64,000 nt of DNA from Thiomicrospira sp. (GTDB lineage Bacteria; Pseudomonadota; Gammaproteobacteria; Thiomicrospirales; Thiomicrospiraceae), in assembly GCA_030826915.1 (NCBI GenBank), contig JAUUDE010000059.1, forward strand, positions 357 to 64,356, given 5' to 3'. Under the pieces are notes generated by a model. That model ran no database searches, was not told the origin of the DNA, and worked only from the letters and a program-made list of their open reading frames with translations. The position numbers and the translations under genes are program-made. Within the stretch, counting starts at the first letter, position 1; each line of letters opens with the position of its first letter. Below are positions 1 to 10,686 of the stretch, piece by piece.

Positions 1-54
1 ACTTGGATGATATGAATATTGATTTCCAAAATGATTAAGTTTTAATGTAAAGTT

Positions 55-82
55 AAAGGGCACAAATTTGTGCCCTTTTTTT
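55..82 (+). terminator. Intrinsic terminator of an upstream gene
   Basis: AAAGGGCACAAATTTGTGCCCTTT perfect stem followed by a T-tract. Confidence 0.75.
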
Positions 83-98
83 ATTCCGTTTTTTAGGT

Positions 99-1475
99 AT
101 GGAGAAAACCAGCATGTCTGATGGGGTTTTACCTGTTTTAGAGCAACAACCTGATTTAAGTAAGATTAAGCTTATTGGAGAAGGTGCTTTTGCATCGGTT
201 TATAAGGTTAAACAAATGACAGAAGAGGGTGATAAAAAACAAATCGTGCGAGTTATTCGCAATATTAGTGATCATCAATCTATCAAGCGTGAAAAAGACC
301 TTTTAAATTACTTAAATAAGTTTCCAGAATTTATTCATTTTAATGAAATTCGCAAGGTGGGTTACAACTACCTGCAGTTTTTTGATTTTGCTGGTAAACG
401 GAATTTAAAACAAACAGTTAAGAAGGAAGGGACTTTTTCTGCAAAAAAGGCCAAAAAACTTTTAGCGGATATGGTCGCTATTTTAGAGCGCGTTCATTAT
501 GTTGGTTTTGTTCATGGAGACATAAAACCAAGCAATATTGTAGTAGGTAAAAAGCAGTTTTACTTGGTAGATTGGACACAGTCTATACCGTCTTTAAGTT
601 CATTTGATACGGAAACCATGGTGGGTGATAAAAAACATTGCCCGCCAGAACGTTTAAATGGTCAATTAGAAGAGTCTGGCGATATTTATTCGTTAGGTTG
701 TACCTTGTACTATGCTTTAACAGGTAAACATATTTATCGGTTAGACAAGAACGAAGATATGGGTAAACAGCTTTGGGCAAGTGTACATCACACGGTTCAT
801 AAAATGAATAAATTGCCTATTTTTTGGCGTTATCTCATTTTTTGGATGACACAAAAAGACCCAACTAAACGGCCAGGCTTGGTTGAATTGAAATCATGGT
901 TAGAAGATTTAACGGTTCCTGATTGGGTGCGTAAAATGAGTGTTCGTGTGGATAAATCTTATCCTGAAGACCCTATGAGGGTTCTAGCAGATGAACATTA
1001 TTTGTATCCAATCTTTAAGAAAGCTTTGGATTACGAAGAATCTGGTGATTTAGAGACGGCGTTTAACCTTTATGAAAGCTGTGCATTTAAAGATTATTCT
1101 CGAGCAGAAAATAATTTAGGATTAATGTACGAAAAAGGCAAGCCGGTAAAGCAGTCTTATGCGATGGCAGCTAATATGTTTCACCAAGCTTTTGAGAAGG
1201 GTAACCCCTTTGCTGCTTATAATTTAGCTCGGTTGTTTGAGAAAGGTTTAGGCATGCCATCAAATTTAGATTACGCCTTTAAGCTTTATCGATTTGCCGC
1301 GATGCGTGGCAATATAAAAGCGCAGAACTCTTTAGCCATGATGTATTTAGAAGGCAGAGGCACGGCAAAAAACTTAGCTCAGGCTCGTTCTTGGTTAGGT
1401 TTGGCGGCACACTATGGTAGTGAATATGCTCAGAGAAATATCCGAATTCTTTTAAAACAGTCTACTGGGACTTAA
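99..1475 (+). CDS. Hanks-type Ser/Thr protein kinase fused to C-terminal SEL1-like repeats
   Basis: IGEGAFASVYK glycine loop, HGDIKPSN catalytic loop, PPE, DIYSLG; four SLR-like units such as AENNLGLMYEKG and AQNSLAMMYLEGRG. Confidence 0.85.
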   Translation: MEKTSMSDGVLPVLEQQPDLSKIKLIGEGAFASVYKVKQMTEEGDKKQIVRVIRNISDHQSIKREKDLLNYLNKFPEFIHFNEIRKVGYNYLQFFDFAGKRNLKQTVKKEGTFSAKKAKKLLADMVAILERVHYVGFVHGDIKPSNIVVGKKQFYLVDWTQSIPSLSSFDTETMVGDKKHCPPERLNGQLEESGDIYSLGCTLYYALTGKHIYRLDKNEDMGKQLWASVHHTVHKMNKLPIFWRYLIFWMTQKDPTKRPGLVELKSWLEDLTVPDWVRKMSVRVDKSYPEDPMRVLADEHYLYPIFKKALDYEESGDLETAFNLYESCAFKDYSRAENNLGLMYEKGKPVKQSYAMAANMFHQAFEKGNPFAAYNLARLFEKGLGMPSNLDYAFKLYRFAAMRGNIKAQNSLAMMYLEGRGTAKNLAQARSWLGLAAHYGSEYAQRNIRILLKQSTGT

Positions 1476-1551
1476 AACATAACAATTGAAACCTTTGCAC
1501 ACTGTAATCGTAAATGTCTTGGTTAGCCTAACCTTATTTTTATAAAAGGGG

Positions 1552-1959
1552 TTAAGCCTTTTTTCGCAACAGCTTGGCAAGTTCTTTCAGCCATTCGGTT
1601 CAGAAGGGGTATTCTTGCTGACTCATCTCAATGACTTCTTTTATTGAATAGATGTTCAATGGTAAGTCCACACTAAGGCAGGCTGATTTTATTAAATAAA
1701 GAAACTCTTCTTTAGTAAATTTCTCATTGGGTAAAAAATAAGTTGTTTTGGCAAGTAACGTCGCTTTTAAAACATCATCCCATAAAGATTTAGGTGCGTT
1801 GTATTCCTTTAGTAGATTTTGGTCTGGCGTACCATCTTGAACCATAATCAATAACTCGCTAAGAGGGGTTATTGACAACAGGTGTTCTGCTATATGTCGT
1901 GCATTAGGTGGCAACTTTAACAAAGCCGCAGTTTCGTATTTATTTTCAATTAGGTGCAT
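1552..1959 (-). CDS. Hypothetical protein; ORF 1600-1959 followed by an in-frame TGA and 15 further plausible codons (TEWLKELAKLLRKKA*)
   Basis: 119-aa ORF; manual translation past the TGA at 1600-1602 gives an amphipathic tail ending in TAA at 1552. Confidence 0.55.
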
Positions 1960-2153
1960 GGCTTTTACCGTTTAAGGTTTTTCTTGGTATAGAGGCTATC
2001 ACTCTTGTGTTGCGTTAAGTTTTTCACACAAAAAAACCTTAGAAATTGCTAGAATGAACTGATGTCTATATAGAATAAAGTGTGCTTTAAAAAGAGCAAG
2101 ATTATTTTACGTTTTTCACCTACCTCACAGAATAATAGATAAAAGGAATTTGA

Positions 2154-2672
2154 ATGGCTCAACACCCTTTAGCACAATACTTGGATAGCATTCCAGATTT
2201 TCCAAAACCAGGCATTCTATTTAGTGACATCTCTCCTTTATTAAAAACGCACTTTACTGAAACAATTGATGCTATGAGCGATTTATTTACACAGAAAGAG
2301 TGGGATGAAATCGATTGTTTGGCAGGAATTGAATCTCGTGGTTTTATATTTGCTGCCGCGTTAGCCTATAAGCACAATAAAGGTTTTATAAAAGTCAGAA
2401 AGCCAGGTAAGTTGCCTAATGTTTACGCATCGGTTGAGTATGGTCTTGAGTATGGCACTGATAAGTTAGAGATGCAAAAAGGGGATGGCAGTAAAATTGT
2501 TTTGTTTGATGATTTGATTGCCACCGGCGGTTCAATGGGTGCGGCGGCAAAGTTATGCGAAGAGGTTGGGTACGATGTGTACGCCATGGCCTGCTTGATT
2601 GATTTAGCCAGTTTAAATAGCTTTACTTATAATGATATGACCGTACGTTCAGTCATTCAATTTAACGATTAA
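2154..2672 (+). CDS. apt: Adenine phosphoribosyltransferase
   Basis: IPDFPKPGILFSDI, GIESRGF, RKPGKLP, DDLIATGGS PRPP motif; AAGGA RBS. Confidence 0.96.
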   Translation: MAQHPLAQYLDSIPDFPKPGILFSDISPLLKTHFTETIDAMSDLFTQKEWDEIDCLAGIESRGFIFAAALAYKHNKGFIKVRKPGKLPNVYASVEYGLEYGTDKLEMQKGDGSKIVLFDDLIATGGSMGAAAKLCEEVGYDVYAMACLIDLASLNSFTYNDMTVRSVIQFND

Positions 2673-2697
2673 ATATCTAACACATACGGCTTAAATT

Positions 2698-4075
2698 ATG
2701 CAGATTCCAAGGCTCACCAAAAGTATTTTTTTAGACCAATTCATTTACATGCAACTCGTTGGTGTATTGATTGGTTTGAGTTTTCCCCACTTCCTTGTGT
2801 GGTACGGTTTTTCCGCAGAAAAAGTGTTAACTTGGGAATTTTACCTTGTTTCCCAAGTGGCCGGTCAATTGGTTGGCTTAATGAGTTTTCTGATGATTTC
2901 GATGGTCGTGCGGCCTCATCTAAAAGAGTTGTCATTAAAAATGCAGGATATTGCCACGGGTTTAAATGAGAAAGATTTTTTAGATTATTCCGCCAAATGT
3001 AATGATCAAATATGTACTATGGATGTCGTTTCTAAGGATGAAATAGGTGTTAGTGCAACGGCTTATAACCAACTGCTTCAGTCGTTACTAGCGGCTCATG
3101 AGAATGAACAGCTCTTTAATCAGTTTACTACGGTAATGTCCCAAAACCTTGAGGTAAATACTCTTTCTGAAAAAAACCATAGATTTGCTTATTTCAGCTA
3201 CAAAGATTGAAGCGGGTGCCATTCTGCTCTTTAAAAATGGTGAAATCACTGTAGAAGCTACACAAGGAATTTTTAAGCCAGAAACTTTAACTCAGCATAT
3301 TAGTGTGCTAGATGCTGTAAATAAAGGTAAGCCACAAAGAATTAAATTGCCAAAACAGATTCAGTTAGATGGCGTTTTAACACAGTTTACCCCTAGCGAA
3401 GTATTTATTGAACCGATTGACTTTAAAGGAACACACCTAGGTGTCATGATTGCCGCAACGGGTTCTGAAATAGCCGATGATCAAACCAATACAACTTTAC
3501 ACCTTTTTTCTCGCAGTATGGGACTTGCATTAAATAATGCATTGATACATTCAAAATTTCAAAGATTAGCGGCCTATGATGGTTTGACTAACATTTACAA
3601 TCGTCGATTTGGAATGACTCGACTTCAAGAAGACTTTGGTCGCGCGAGTCGTGAACAATCGGCGCTTAGTGTGGTAATGGTTGATATTGACCACTTTAAG
3701 AATATTAATGACAATTATGGACATTTAGTGGGTGATAAGGCCATTATGCTTATCGCTTCTATTCTTAAGAAGACTTTACGTGATGGCGATATTGTTGTTC
3801 GTTATGGTGGTGAAGAGTTCTTAATGATATTGCAAGGTGCAAGCTCTAAAGATGCGGCCGAGGTGAGTGAGCGTATTCGTCATAAGGTTGAAGATTCAAC
3901 TTTAAACGTAGGCGAACAGCAAATCGGAATGACTGTGAGCATTGGCGTTTGTGGTTATCCAGAGACTAACGTCGCAGATGAAGTGAGCTTGATAGATAAG
4001 GCGGATCAAGCGCTATATCATGCAAAACAAACGGGTAGAAACCGTGTTGTGCAATTTGGTACTTTATCTGTTTAG
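2698..4075 (+). pseudogene. Membrane-anchored GAF-like/GGDEF diguanylate cyclase split by a +1 frameshift (possibly assembly error)
   Basis: ORFs 2698-3210 and 3185-4075 join (SEKTIDLLISATKIE) if one A is removed from the A7 run at 3170-3176; intact RYGGEEF, DIDHFK and RxxD I-site. Confidence 0.85.
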
Positions 4076-4195
4076 CGGTTTACGTTTAGTTCGATATTAA
4101 ATGTACATATTTAAGCTTGTATGTTGGTTTTTTGGTAGTTTACCAATAGCTCCAATAAACTAAGCAGGCCTGGTAAGTTCAAAAATTCTTTTATT

Positions 4196-4903
4196 TTATT
4201 CCCGCTTCCGCTTTATTGAATCGATTTCTGTTTGATTTAAAGCTCGGTATTCTCCGGGGCTTAAGTTTTCATCGAGCACAATGTCTCCCATCGACTCTCT
4301 GTGCAAGCTAATAACACGATTACCAACAGCAGAAAACATGCGTTTTACCTGATGATAACGCCCTTCGTATAGTGTTAATTTACAGGTTGTTGTCGTCATA
4401 ATTTCAATATTAGCAGGCCTGGTAGTGATATCTTCATATTTAAAATAGATACCTTTCTCAAAAACTTGTGCTGTTTGTGGAGAAATAGCTTGAGCCGTCT
4501 CAACGAAATAAGTTTTTGGAATCTTTTCTACTGGCTCGGTAATTTTTTTTGACCATTTGCCATCGTTGGTCAGAATAAGCAGGCCTGTTGTGGCTCTATC
4601 CAGCCTGCCTGCAATATGTAAATCGAATGATTCATTTCCTTCAATCAGTTCTATGGCCGTTTTATGTATAGGGTCTTTTGTTGCGCTTAATATGCCTGCC
4701 GGTTTATTTAGCATAAAATAGTGGGCGGTTTTATGAATATTGAGTGGTTTGCCTTCAATGCTAATGTTAGAAAATGCATTAACTTCAAAAGAGCGAGAAT
4801 GAACCGTTTGCTCGTTCACTTGGATTTGCCCATGATGCAACAGCCGTAAAATGGATTTTCGACTCAGGCCTGCGTATTTACTTAAATAGCGTTCTAAAAA
4901 CAA
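4196..4903 (-). CDS. rsuA: 16S rRNA pseudouridine(516) synthase, RsuA family
   Basis: S4 domain, LNKPAG, GRLDRATTGLL, EGRYHQVKRMF. Confidence 0.88.
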   Translation of the reverse strand: MFLERYLSKYAGLSRKSILRLLHHGQIQVNEQTVHSRSFEVNAFSNISIEGKPLNIHKTAHYFMLNKPAGILSATKDPIHKTAIELIEGNESFDLHIAGRLDRATTGLLILTNDGKWSKKITEPVEKIPKTYFVETAQAISPQTAQVFEKGIYFKYEDITTRPANIEIMTTTTCKLTLYEGRYHQVKRMFSAVGNRVISLHRESMGDIVLDENLSPGEYRALNQTEIDSIKRKRE

Positions 4904-4924
4904 GTTATACCTTTAGACTATGTG

Positions 4925-4942
4925 TAAATAGTCGACTAAATA
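4925..4942. mobile_element. Collapsed scar of the GTCGAC-ended MITE: TAAATA-GTCGAC-TAAATA
   Basis: Same terminal hexamer and same 6-bp direct repeat as the full element at 54195-54456. Confidence 0.65.
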
Positions 4943-4973
4943 AAAAAGCCGCCAAGAAAAAAACGATGGCGGC
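4942..4973 (-). terminator. Intrinsic terminator downstream of argH
   Basis: GCCGCCA...TGGCGGC stem with T-tract on the minus strand. Confidence 0.6.
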
Positions 4974-5016
4974 GATATAGAGTGAGTCGTGAAGTGGCTG
5001 AGCGACTTAGGCTAGG

Positions 5017-5036
5017 TAGTTATTCAGAGTCGACTA
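5017..5036. mobile_element. Solo end of the GTCGAC MITE overlapping the argH stop codon
   Basis: TAGTTATTCAGAGTCGACTA identical to 54439-54458 and 27247-27266. Confidence 0.8.
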
Positions 5037-6420
5037 AGTATGCTTTTGCTCTTGCCACAGCGGCTCGCACTTGGTTTGGTGCTGTTCCACCTAAATGGTC
5101 ACGTGCAGCAACAGAGCCTTCAAGAGTAAGCACATCGAATACATCATCAGTAATCTTGTCACAGAAGCCTTGTAGTGTTTCTAAGGACATTTCTGATAGG
5201 TCTTCACCCGTTTTAATACCGTGAGCTACTGCTAAACCAACGACTTCGTGAGAGTCACGGAAAGCTAAGCCTTTTCCAACCAAATAGTCGGCTAAATCGG
5301 TAGCGGTAGAGAAGCCACGTTTTGACGCTTCATAAGTGATTTCTCGATTCACCTGAATGGCAGGAACCATATCTGCAAACGCTCTTAAAGAGCCTTTAAC
5401 AGTATCAACGGTATCAAAAAGCGGTTCTTTGTCTTCTTGGTTATCTTTGTTGTAAGCCAGTGGCTGTGACTTCATTAACGTCAATAAGCTCATTAAATGA
5501 CCATAAACACGGCCAGTTTTACCACGCACTAGCTCAGGAACATCTGGGTTTTTCTTTTGCGGCATGATTGAAGAGCCGGTACAGAAACGATCTGGTAAAT
5601 CAATAAACTGAAATTGAGCCGAAGACCATAGAACCAACTCTTCAGAAAAGCGAGACATATGCATAAGTAAGGTAGAGGCAAAAGCCGTAAATTCAATGGC
5701 AAAGTCACGATCAGATACGCCATCCAATGAGTTTTCGGTAATACGATCAAAACCTAATAATTCAGCGGTATATTGACGTTCAATTGGATAGGTGGTTCCC
5801 GCTAAAGCTGCTGAACCTAGAGGCATAGTATTCACACGTTTACGGCAATCTTCTAAACGTTCAACATCACGTTTAATCATTTCAAACCAAGCTAGCATGT
5901 GGTGACCAAATGTTACAGGTTGTGCCGTTTGCAAATGTGTAAAACCAGGCATAATGCTATCTGCTTCACGTTCTGCCAGCTCTACCAGGCCTGTCTGTAA
6001 ACGTTTAAGTTCTGGAAGAATCGCATCAATTTCATCACGAATATAAAGACGAATGTCTGTTGCTACTTGGTCATTACGTGAACGACCGGTATGCAGTTTT
6101 TTACCGGTAATACCAATTAGGCTGGTTAAACGCGCTTCGATATTCATGTGAATATCTTCTTGCTGAATAGACCATTGGAATTTTCCAGCTTCAATTTCGT
6201 TTTGAACCTGAGTCAGGCCGTTGATAATGTCGGCCAATTCAGATTCATTTAAAATACCAACCTTTGTGAGCATTTTTGCATGTGCAACTGATCCTTGAAT
6301 ATCTTGTTTATACATTCTTTTATCAAATTGGATAGAAGCGGTAAAGGCTTCTACAAAGGCATCAGTAGACTCGCTAAAACGTGCGCTAGATAATTTTTCT
6401 TGGTTGTGTTGATTACTCAT
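5020..6420 (-). CDS. argH: Argininosuccinate lyase
   Basis: [36 protein letters not shown]. Confidence 0.98.
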   Translation of the reverse strand: MSNQHNQEKLSSARFSESTDAFVEAFTASIQFDKRMYKQDIQGSVAHAKMLTKVGILNESELADIINGLTQVQNEIEAGKFQWSIQQEDIHMNIEARLTSLIGITGKKLHTGRSRNDQVATDIRLYIRDEIDAILPELKRLQTGLVELAEREADSIMPGFTHLQTAQPVTFGHHMLAWFEMIKRDVERLEDCRKRVNTMPLGSAALAGTTYPIERQYTAELLGFDRITENSLDGVSDRDFAIEFTAFASTLLMHMSRFSEELVLWSSAQFQFIDLPDRFCTGSSIMPQKKNPDVPELVRGKTGRVYGHLMSLLTLMKSQPLAYNKDNQEDKEPLFDTVDTVKGSLRAFADMVPAIQVNREITYEASKRGFSTATDLADYLVGKGLAFRDSHEVVGLAVAHGIKTGEDLSEMSLETLQGFCDKITDDVFDVLTLEGSVAARDHLGGTAPNQVRAAVARAKAYLVDSE

Positions 6421-6441
6421 TCTATTCTCGAATTTAAATTG

Positions 6442-7002
6442 TTATTCACTAATTTTTTGGGTCTGAATCTTAGACTTTTGTTCTAATAATTCAGGTGTTG
6501 CTGGAATTTGTTTGGTTAGCCCCATGTTTTTGTAGGCGATGTTTAAGTTTTGATGAATGAGACTAGCGTAAAGGCTGATTTCCGATATACCGACAATTCT
6601 CGGCGCCACCTCACGAGCAAATCCATCAAAAAATACCACAGTTGGAGTTAGGTCTGCATCTAACTCATAAGCCCATTTTTCTTTTATAAGAGGTTTGCCA
6701 TACCAATCGGCAATAGGCTTTGCTTCATCAACACCTACATGGCGCATTAGTACAACTTTTTCTTCATACAAACCGCTGATAGCAATTGGTGTTAAAACCT
6801 GCTCATTGAGTAGTTCACAATACTCACACCATTCAGCACCAAACATCAGCATAATAGGCAGATTAAGTTGTTTTGATTTTTCAGCTAAAGCTTGTAGGTT
6901 TTTTAATTCTTTAAATGTCGTATTTGAATTAGCCGATGATATCGGGCTGACAATATTTAAGAATAAAAGTAGAAACAAAATGGGAGTGGTACCAAATCGC
7001 AT
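6442..7002 (-). CDS. Exported thioredoxin-fold protein (SoxW/Thioredoxin_2-like)
   Basis: Signal peptide after the ATG at 7002 (AGGAG RBS), WCEYC active site, TPTVVFFD cis-Pro motif. Confidence 0.75.
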   Translation of the reverse strand: MRFGTTPILFLLLFLNIVSPISSANSNTTFKELKNLQALAEKSKQLNLPIMLMFGAEWCEYCELLNEQVLTPIAISGLYEEKVVLMRHVGVDEAKPIADWYGKPLIKEKWAYELDADLTPTVVFFDGFAREVAPRIVGISEISLYASLIHQNLNIAYKNMGLTKQIPATPELLEQKSKIQTQKISE

Positions 7003-7283
7003 TACAAACTCCTTTTTGTTGTCAAAATTCATGATTTGCAGTGAACTGCACTTTATATGCTTTAGATTGAGTCTTAGTAAAGTATGGTTACAGATCAAAA
7101 TACCTAAAACCATCCAAGCTACGCTAAAACCGTTTACTTAAGCTGTTATTTTAACTAAAACTTTAAGGTGTTTTTCAGTAAAATGAGTGCTATCAAACTT
7201 AAAGACTATAAAAGAACGACATTAATCTGCTTATTTTAAGAGATCTTTTACTTTAAATAGCCTGCGGATAACTGGAATAAAAC

Positions 7284-8228
7284 ATGAAAAAAACCTTAAG
7301 AATTGCTACTCGTAAAAGCCCATTAGCTATGTGGCAAACCGAATTTGTTAAAGCCGAACTAGAGAAAGCACACCCAGGCTTAGAAGTGATATTGTTACCT
7401 ATGTCTACAAAGGGCGACAAAATCTTAGATGTGCCTTTGGCTAAAATTGGGGGTAAAGGTTTATTTACTAAAGAGCTAGAAGACAGAATGATGGAGGGTG
7501 AAGCGGATATTGCGGTTCACTCAATGAAAGATGTGCCAATGCAGCTACCTGAAGGATTTGCATTAGGGGCAATTTTAGAGCGCCATGCGCCTACGGATGC
7601 ATTTGTTTCCAATAACTTTGAAAGTTTTGAATCACTACCTCAAGGAGCGGTGTTAGGAACATCAAGTTTACGCCGTAAAGCGCAGTTAATGGCGATTAGA
7701 CCAGATTTAGACGTGCGTGATTTACGAGGAAATGTGGGTACACGTTTAGGTAAGCTCGATTCGGGTGAATATGATGCAATTATTTTAGCCACAGCAGGCC
7801 TACAACGTTTAGGTTTAGATGAGCGTATTCGCCATGAAATTACTCCAGAAGTCTGTTTGCCAGCAGTAACGCAAGGTACTATTGGGATTGAATATTTTGC
7901 AAAAGACTCAGAAACCTTAGAAATTATTCAGGTACTCAATCACAAAAAGACGGAAATTCGCACCACTGCAGAACGGGCCATGAATAATCACCTTGAAGGC
8001 GGCTGTCAGGTCCCGATTGGTGTTTTTGCTGAATTAGATGGTGACGATTTATCAATGCGTGGTTTAGTAGGGGCTTTGGATGGTTCAGAAATTTTAACAG
8101 CAAGTATTGCTGGTTCTGCAGATGAGGCCGAAAAGCTGGGTATTAAGCTTGCTAAAAAGCTTTTAGATCAAGGAGCTAAAGCAATTTTGGATGAGGTTTA
8201 CGCTAACGATAACCACAATAAGGGTTAA
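7284..8228 (+). CDS. hemC: Hydroxymethylbilane synthase (porphobilinogen deaminase)
   Basis: [42 protein letters not shown]. Confidence 0.98.
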   Translation: MKKTLRIATRKSPLAMWQTEFVKAELEKAHPGLEVILLPMSTKGDKILDVPLAKIGGKGLFTKELEDRMMEGEADIAVHSMKDVPMQLPEGFALGAILERHAPTDAFVSNNFESFESLPQGAVLGTSSLRRKAQLMAIRPDLDVRDLRGNVGTRLGKLDSGEYDAIILATAGLQRLGLDERIRHEITPEVCLPAVTQGTIGIEYFAKDSETLEIIQVLNHKKTEIRTTAERAMNNHLEGGCQVPIGVFAELDGDDLSMRGLVGALDGSEILTASIAGSADEAEKLGIKLAKKLLDQGAKAILDEVYANDNHNKG

Positions 8229-8276
8229 TCAGCCATTGTATAAGATAGGTGCGTGCTGGTATGCAAAGGTATGTAA

Positions 8277-9104
8277 ATGAGTAAGTTTACTTTATTAAAT
8301 ACTAGGCCTTCCCATCAGGCTAACGTCTTAAATGAACTTGTTTTGCAACAAGGCGGGCAATCAATTAACTGCCCAACAATGCAAATAGAGTGGTTAGATT
8401 GGACATTAACCCAATTTAAAAATACGACTTCATTTGATAAAACCATTTTTGTTAGCGCTAATGCTGTGAGTGGTTTTGATAGATTAAAAAAGAACCACAC
8501 GGATTGCTTTGATAGCGCTTTTAATCAAACTCAATATTATGCCATTGGTCAGGCCACAAAAAAGAAAGGGCTTGAGTTAGGTTTTAATATAGAGACTTTA
8601 TCTGTACAGAAGTTTGATAGCGAGCATTTCTTGGCACACCCTCAAATGCAGAGGGTATACGGCCAAAATATCGCGCTGATAAAAGGCGTTAACGGACGAA
8701 CGCTAATTGAAGAGACGTTATCGCAGCGTGGTGCAAATGTTGTGACTCTCGATGTATATAAAAGAAGTTCAATGCCATTTTGTATACAAGAGTGGCAGCG
8801 TTTTTTGGAATCAACCAACCCTGTTCTATTGATTACTAGTTTAGGGAGTTGGCAGAGGTTAATTGATAGCATTGCAGAGCATTATGGCTTAATATTGAAT
8901 TCAGTTGATATGGATTTTCAACCACCTAAAATTGTAATCGAGTTAATGCAGTATGATTTTTGGTTGAAAATTTGTGGTGCAGTGGTAATGAGTCAACGCA
9001 TTGCTGATGTGATGGTTGAACAAGGCTGGAAGCGTTCAATTTCAGTGGTCAATACACAAACAAATCAAGGAATTGCAGAAGCGATTCAAATGTACACACG
9101 CTAG
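8277..9104 (+). CDS. hemD: Uroporphyrinogen-III synthase
   Basis: LNTRP, FVSANAV, AIGQATK; position in the hemC-D-X-Y operon. Confidence 0.88.
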   Translation: MSKFTLLNTRPSHQANVLNELVLQQGGQSINCPTMQIEWLDWTLTQFKNTTSFDKTIFVSANAVSGFDRLKKNHTDCFDSAFNQTQYYAIGQATKKKGLELGFNIETLSVQKFDSEHFLAHPQMQRVYGQNIALIKGVNGRTLIEETLSQRGANVVTLDVYKRSSMPFCIQEWQRFLESTNPVLLITSLGSWQRLIDSIAEHYGLILNSVDMDFQPPKIVIELMQYDFWLKICGAVVMSQRIADVMVEQGWKRSISVVNTQTNQGIAEAIQMYTR

Positions 9105-9177
9105 AAGCTCTGTACTTTTCTGCAGTTTTTATAGGCTGTTTAGAGCAATTTAAAGTGAATTTTAATCAGGTGAAGTA

Positions 9178-10644
9178 ATGTCTAAACGTATAAAACCTCA
9201 TGTTGAACAACGTATTGTTGATGACAATATTGTGCAAGGTGATATTGACGATAAAATACAGCGAGGCAAAGCATTCTCAGAATCCAAAAAGCTTGAAAGA
9301 GCTGGTCAGAAAACGGCAGAAGATTCAGGCTCAGATATGCATACAGATCAAGAAGAAATTAATACACAATCCCCTATTTCAGAAGGGATAGATTTAAGCA
9401 ATGATGAAAAAAAGGCTAAAAAGCCTACCTTTTATAATACATATAAAGGTTATGTTCTATGGATCTTAATGTTTATTGTAGTGATTTTAATGTTGTTTAT
9501 CACCCGGCCTGATACAGATTGGCAGATTCAGCGTATAAATGACTTACAGAGTGAAATAACCGAATTGCGTCAAGAAAATAGTGCGTTAGATACCCGTTTG
9601 CAAGAGCAAGCGGATGAGCTACAGAAAACTATTGAAGTACAGGTAAAAAAGGCATTAGCAAACTCTGGAAATCCAGCAGCGGTCAGTAAGGCTGATATAG
9701 AGGCAATGCAAAATCAATTTCAGCAGCAATTGAGTGGGTTGCAAGATAAATTAACTGTACTGAGTGGAAATGCGGGTGCTCAGCTTGATAAAGCCTTGGC
9801 AGACCTTGCCAAAATGTCTGAAAGTACAAAAAACCAGCTAACACCTTCTAAGGAACAGCTACAAGCATTACAAGATTTAGAAAGTAAGTTACAACAACAG
9901 TTCAATGGTGTTAGTGACAAACTGGGTGAATTATTTCAGTTCAAAACTGAGCAACAAACCTTGTCTAAACAGCCGCCTGTTTTAAAGTTAGATATGCCGC
10001 TAGATAGTCTACAAATTCAGCAATGGATTATAGAGGTGAATACTCAGTGGATTATGAACGGTAGAATTAATGAGACTCGCCAGCAATTACTTGCTCTAGA
10101 ACAGGCTGTAAGCTTAAGTGATTACAGTTACACCAATCATTTAGTGCGATTAATTGGTCAAGATTTAGGTTATCTACAACAGTTGCAGCAACAGGAAGAA
10201 AACTTTCCTTTGCCTGATACACAAGCACTTAAAAAAGCGGCAAAAAGTTTGGCGGCAGTGGTTCAACCGAATGCTATGGCTCAAACTGATGATGCATCCG
10301 AAAATAAACAAGGTTTAGATGCCTTGATGGCTAAGTTCAGTCAGATGATTACGCTAAAAAAACGTACACAAGAGAATGAGATTACAGATGTTGATAAGTT
10401 GTTAATTGGAGATGTCCTACAGCAACGATTAGCGCTATTGATCGATAGGTTGGATTGGGGGTTACAAACCCATTCAAAAGAGATAATTGATAAGGCAGTT
10501 GAAGATATTAAAGACTTTATAAAACGCTATTACGCAAAGGATTCGGCTAAGTTTAGTGGTTTACTTGCACCTTTTGAAGAAGTTACCTTCCCAGAGCGTA
10601 AGCCTCTTTCCATTATTCATTTGGACGAAGAACATAATGGTTAA
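9178..10644 (+). CDS. hemX: HemX-like membrane-anchored coiled-coil protein
   Basis: Single TM helix plus long Q/L-rich coiled coil; lies between hemD and hemY. Confidence 0.65.
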   Translation: MSKRIKPHVEQRIVDDNIVQGDIDDKIQRGKAFSESKKLERAGQKTAEDSGSDMHTDQEEINTQSPISEGIDLSNDEKKAKKPTFYNTYKGYVLWILMFIVVILMLFITRPDTDWQIQRINDLQSEITELRQENSALDTRLQEQADELQKTIEVQVKKALANSGNPAAVSKADIEAMQNQFQQQLSGLQDKLTVLSGNAGAQLDKALADLAKMSESTKNQLTPSKEQLQALQDLESKLQQQFNGVSDKLGELFQFKTEQQTLSKQPPVLKLDMPLDSLQIQQWIIEVNTQWIMNGRINETRQQLLALEQAVSLSDYSYTNHLVRLIGQDLGYLQQLQQQEENFPLPDTQALKKAAKSLAAVVQPNAMAQTDDASENKQGLDALMAKFSQMITLKKRTQENEITDVDKLLIGDVLQQRLALLIDRLDWGLQTHSKEIIDKAVEDIKDFIKRYYAKDSAKFSGLLAPFEEVTFPERKPLSIIHLDEEHNG

Positions 10645-10686
10645 CCAAGGCAATTTTGTGTCCAAATTAAATCAGGCTTTTTGTAT

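Noticed and set aside
1600-1602. Selenocysteine read-through at the in-frame TGA
   Set aside because: No redox motif context or convincing SECIS hairpin; sequence error is simpler.
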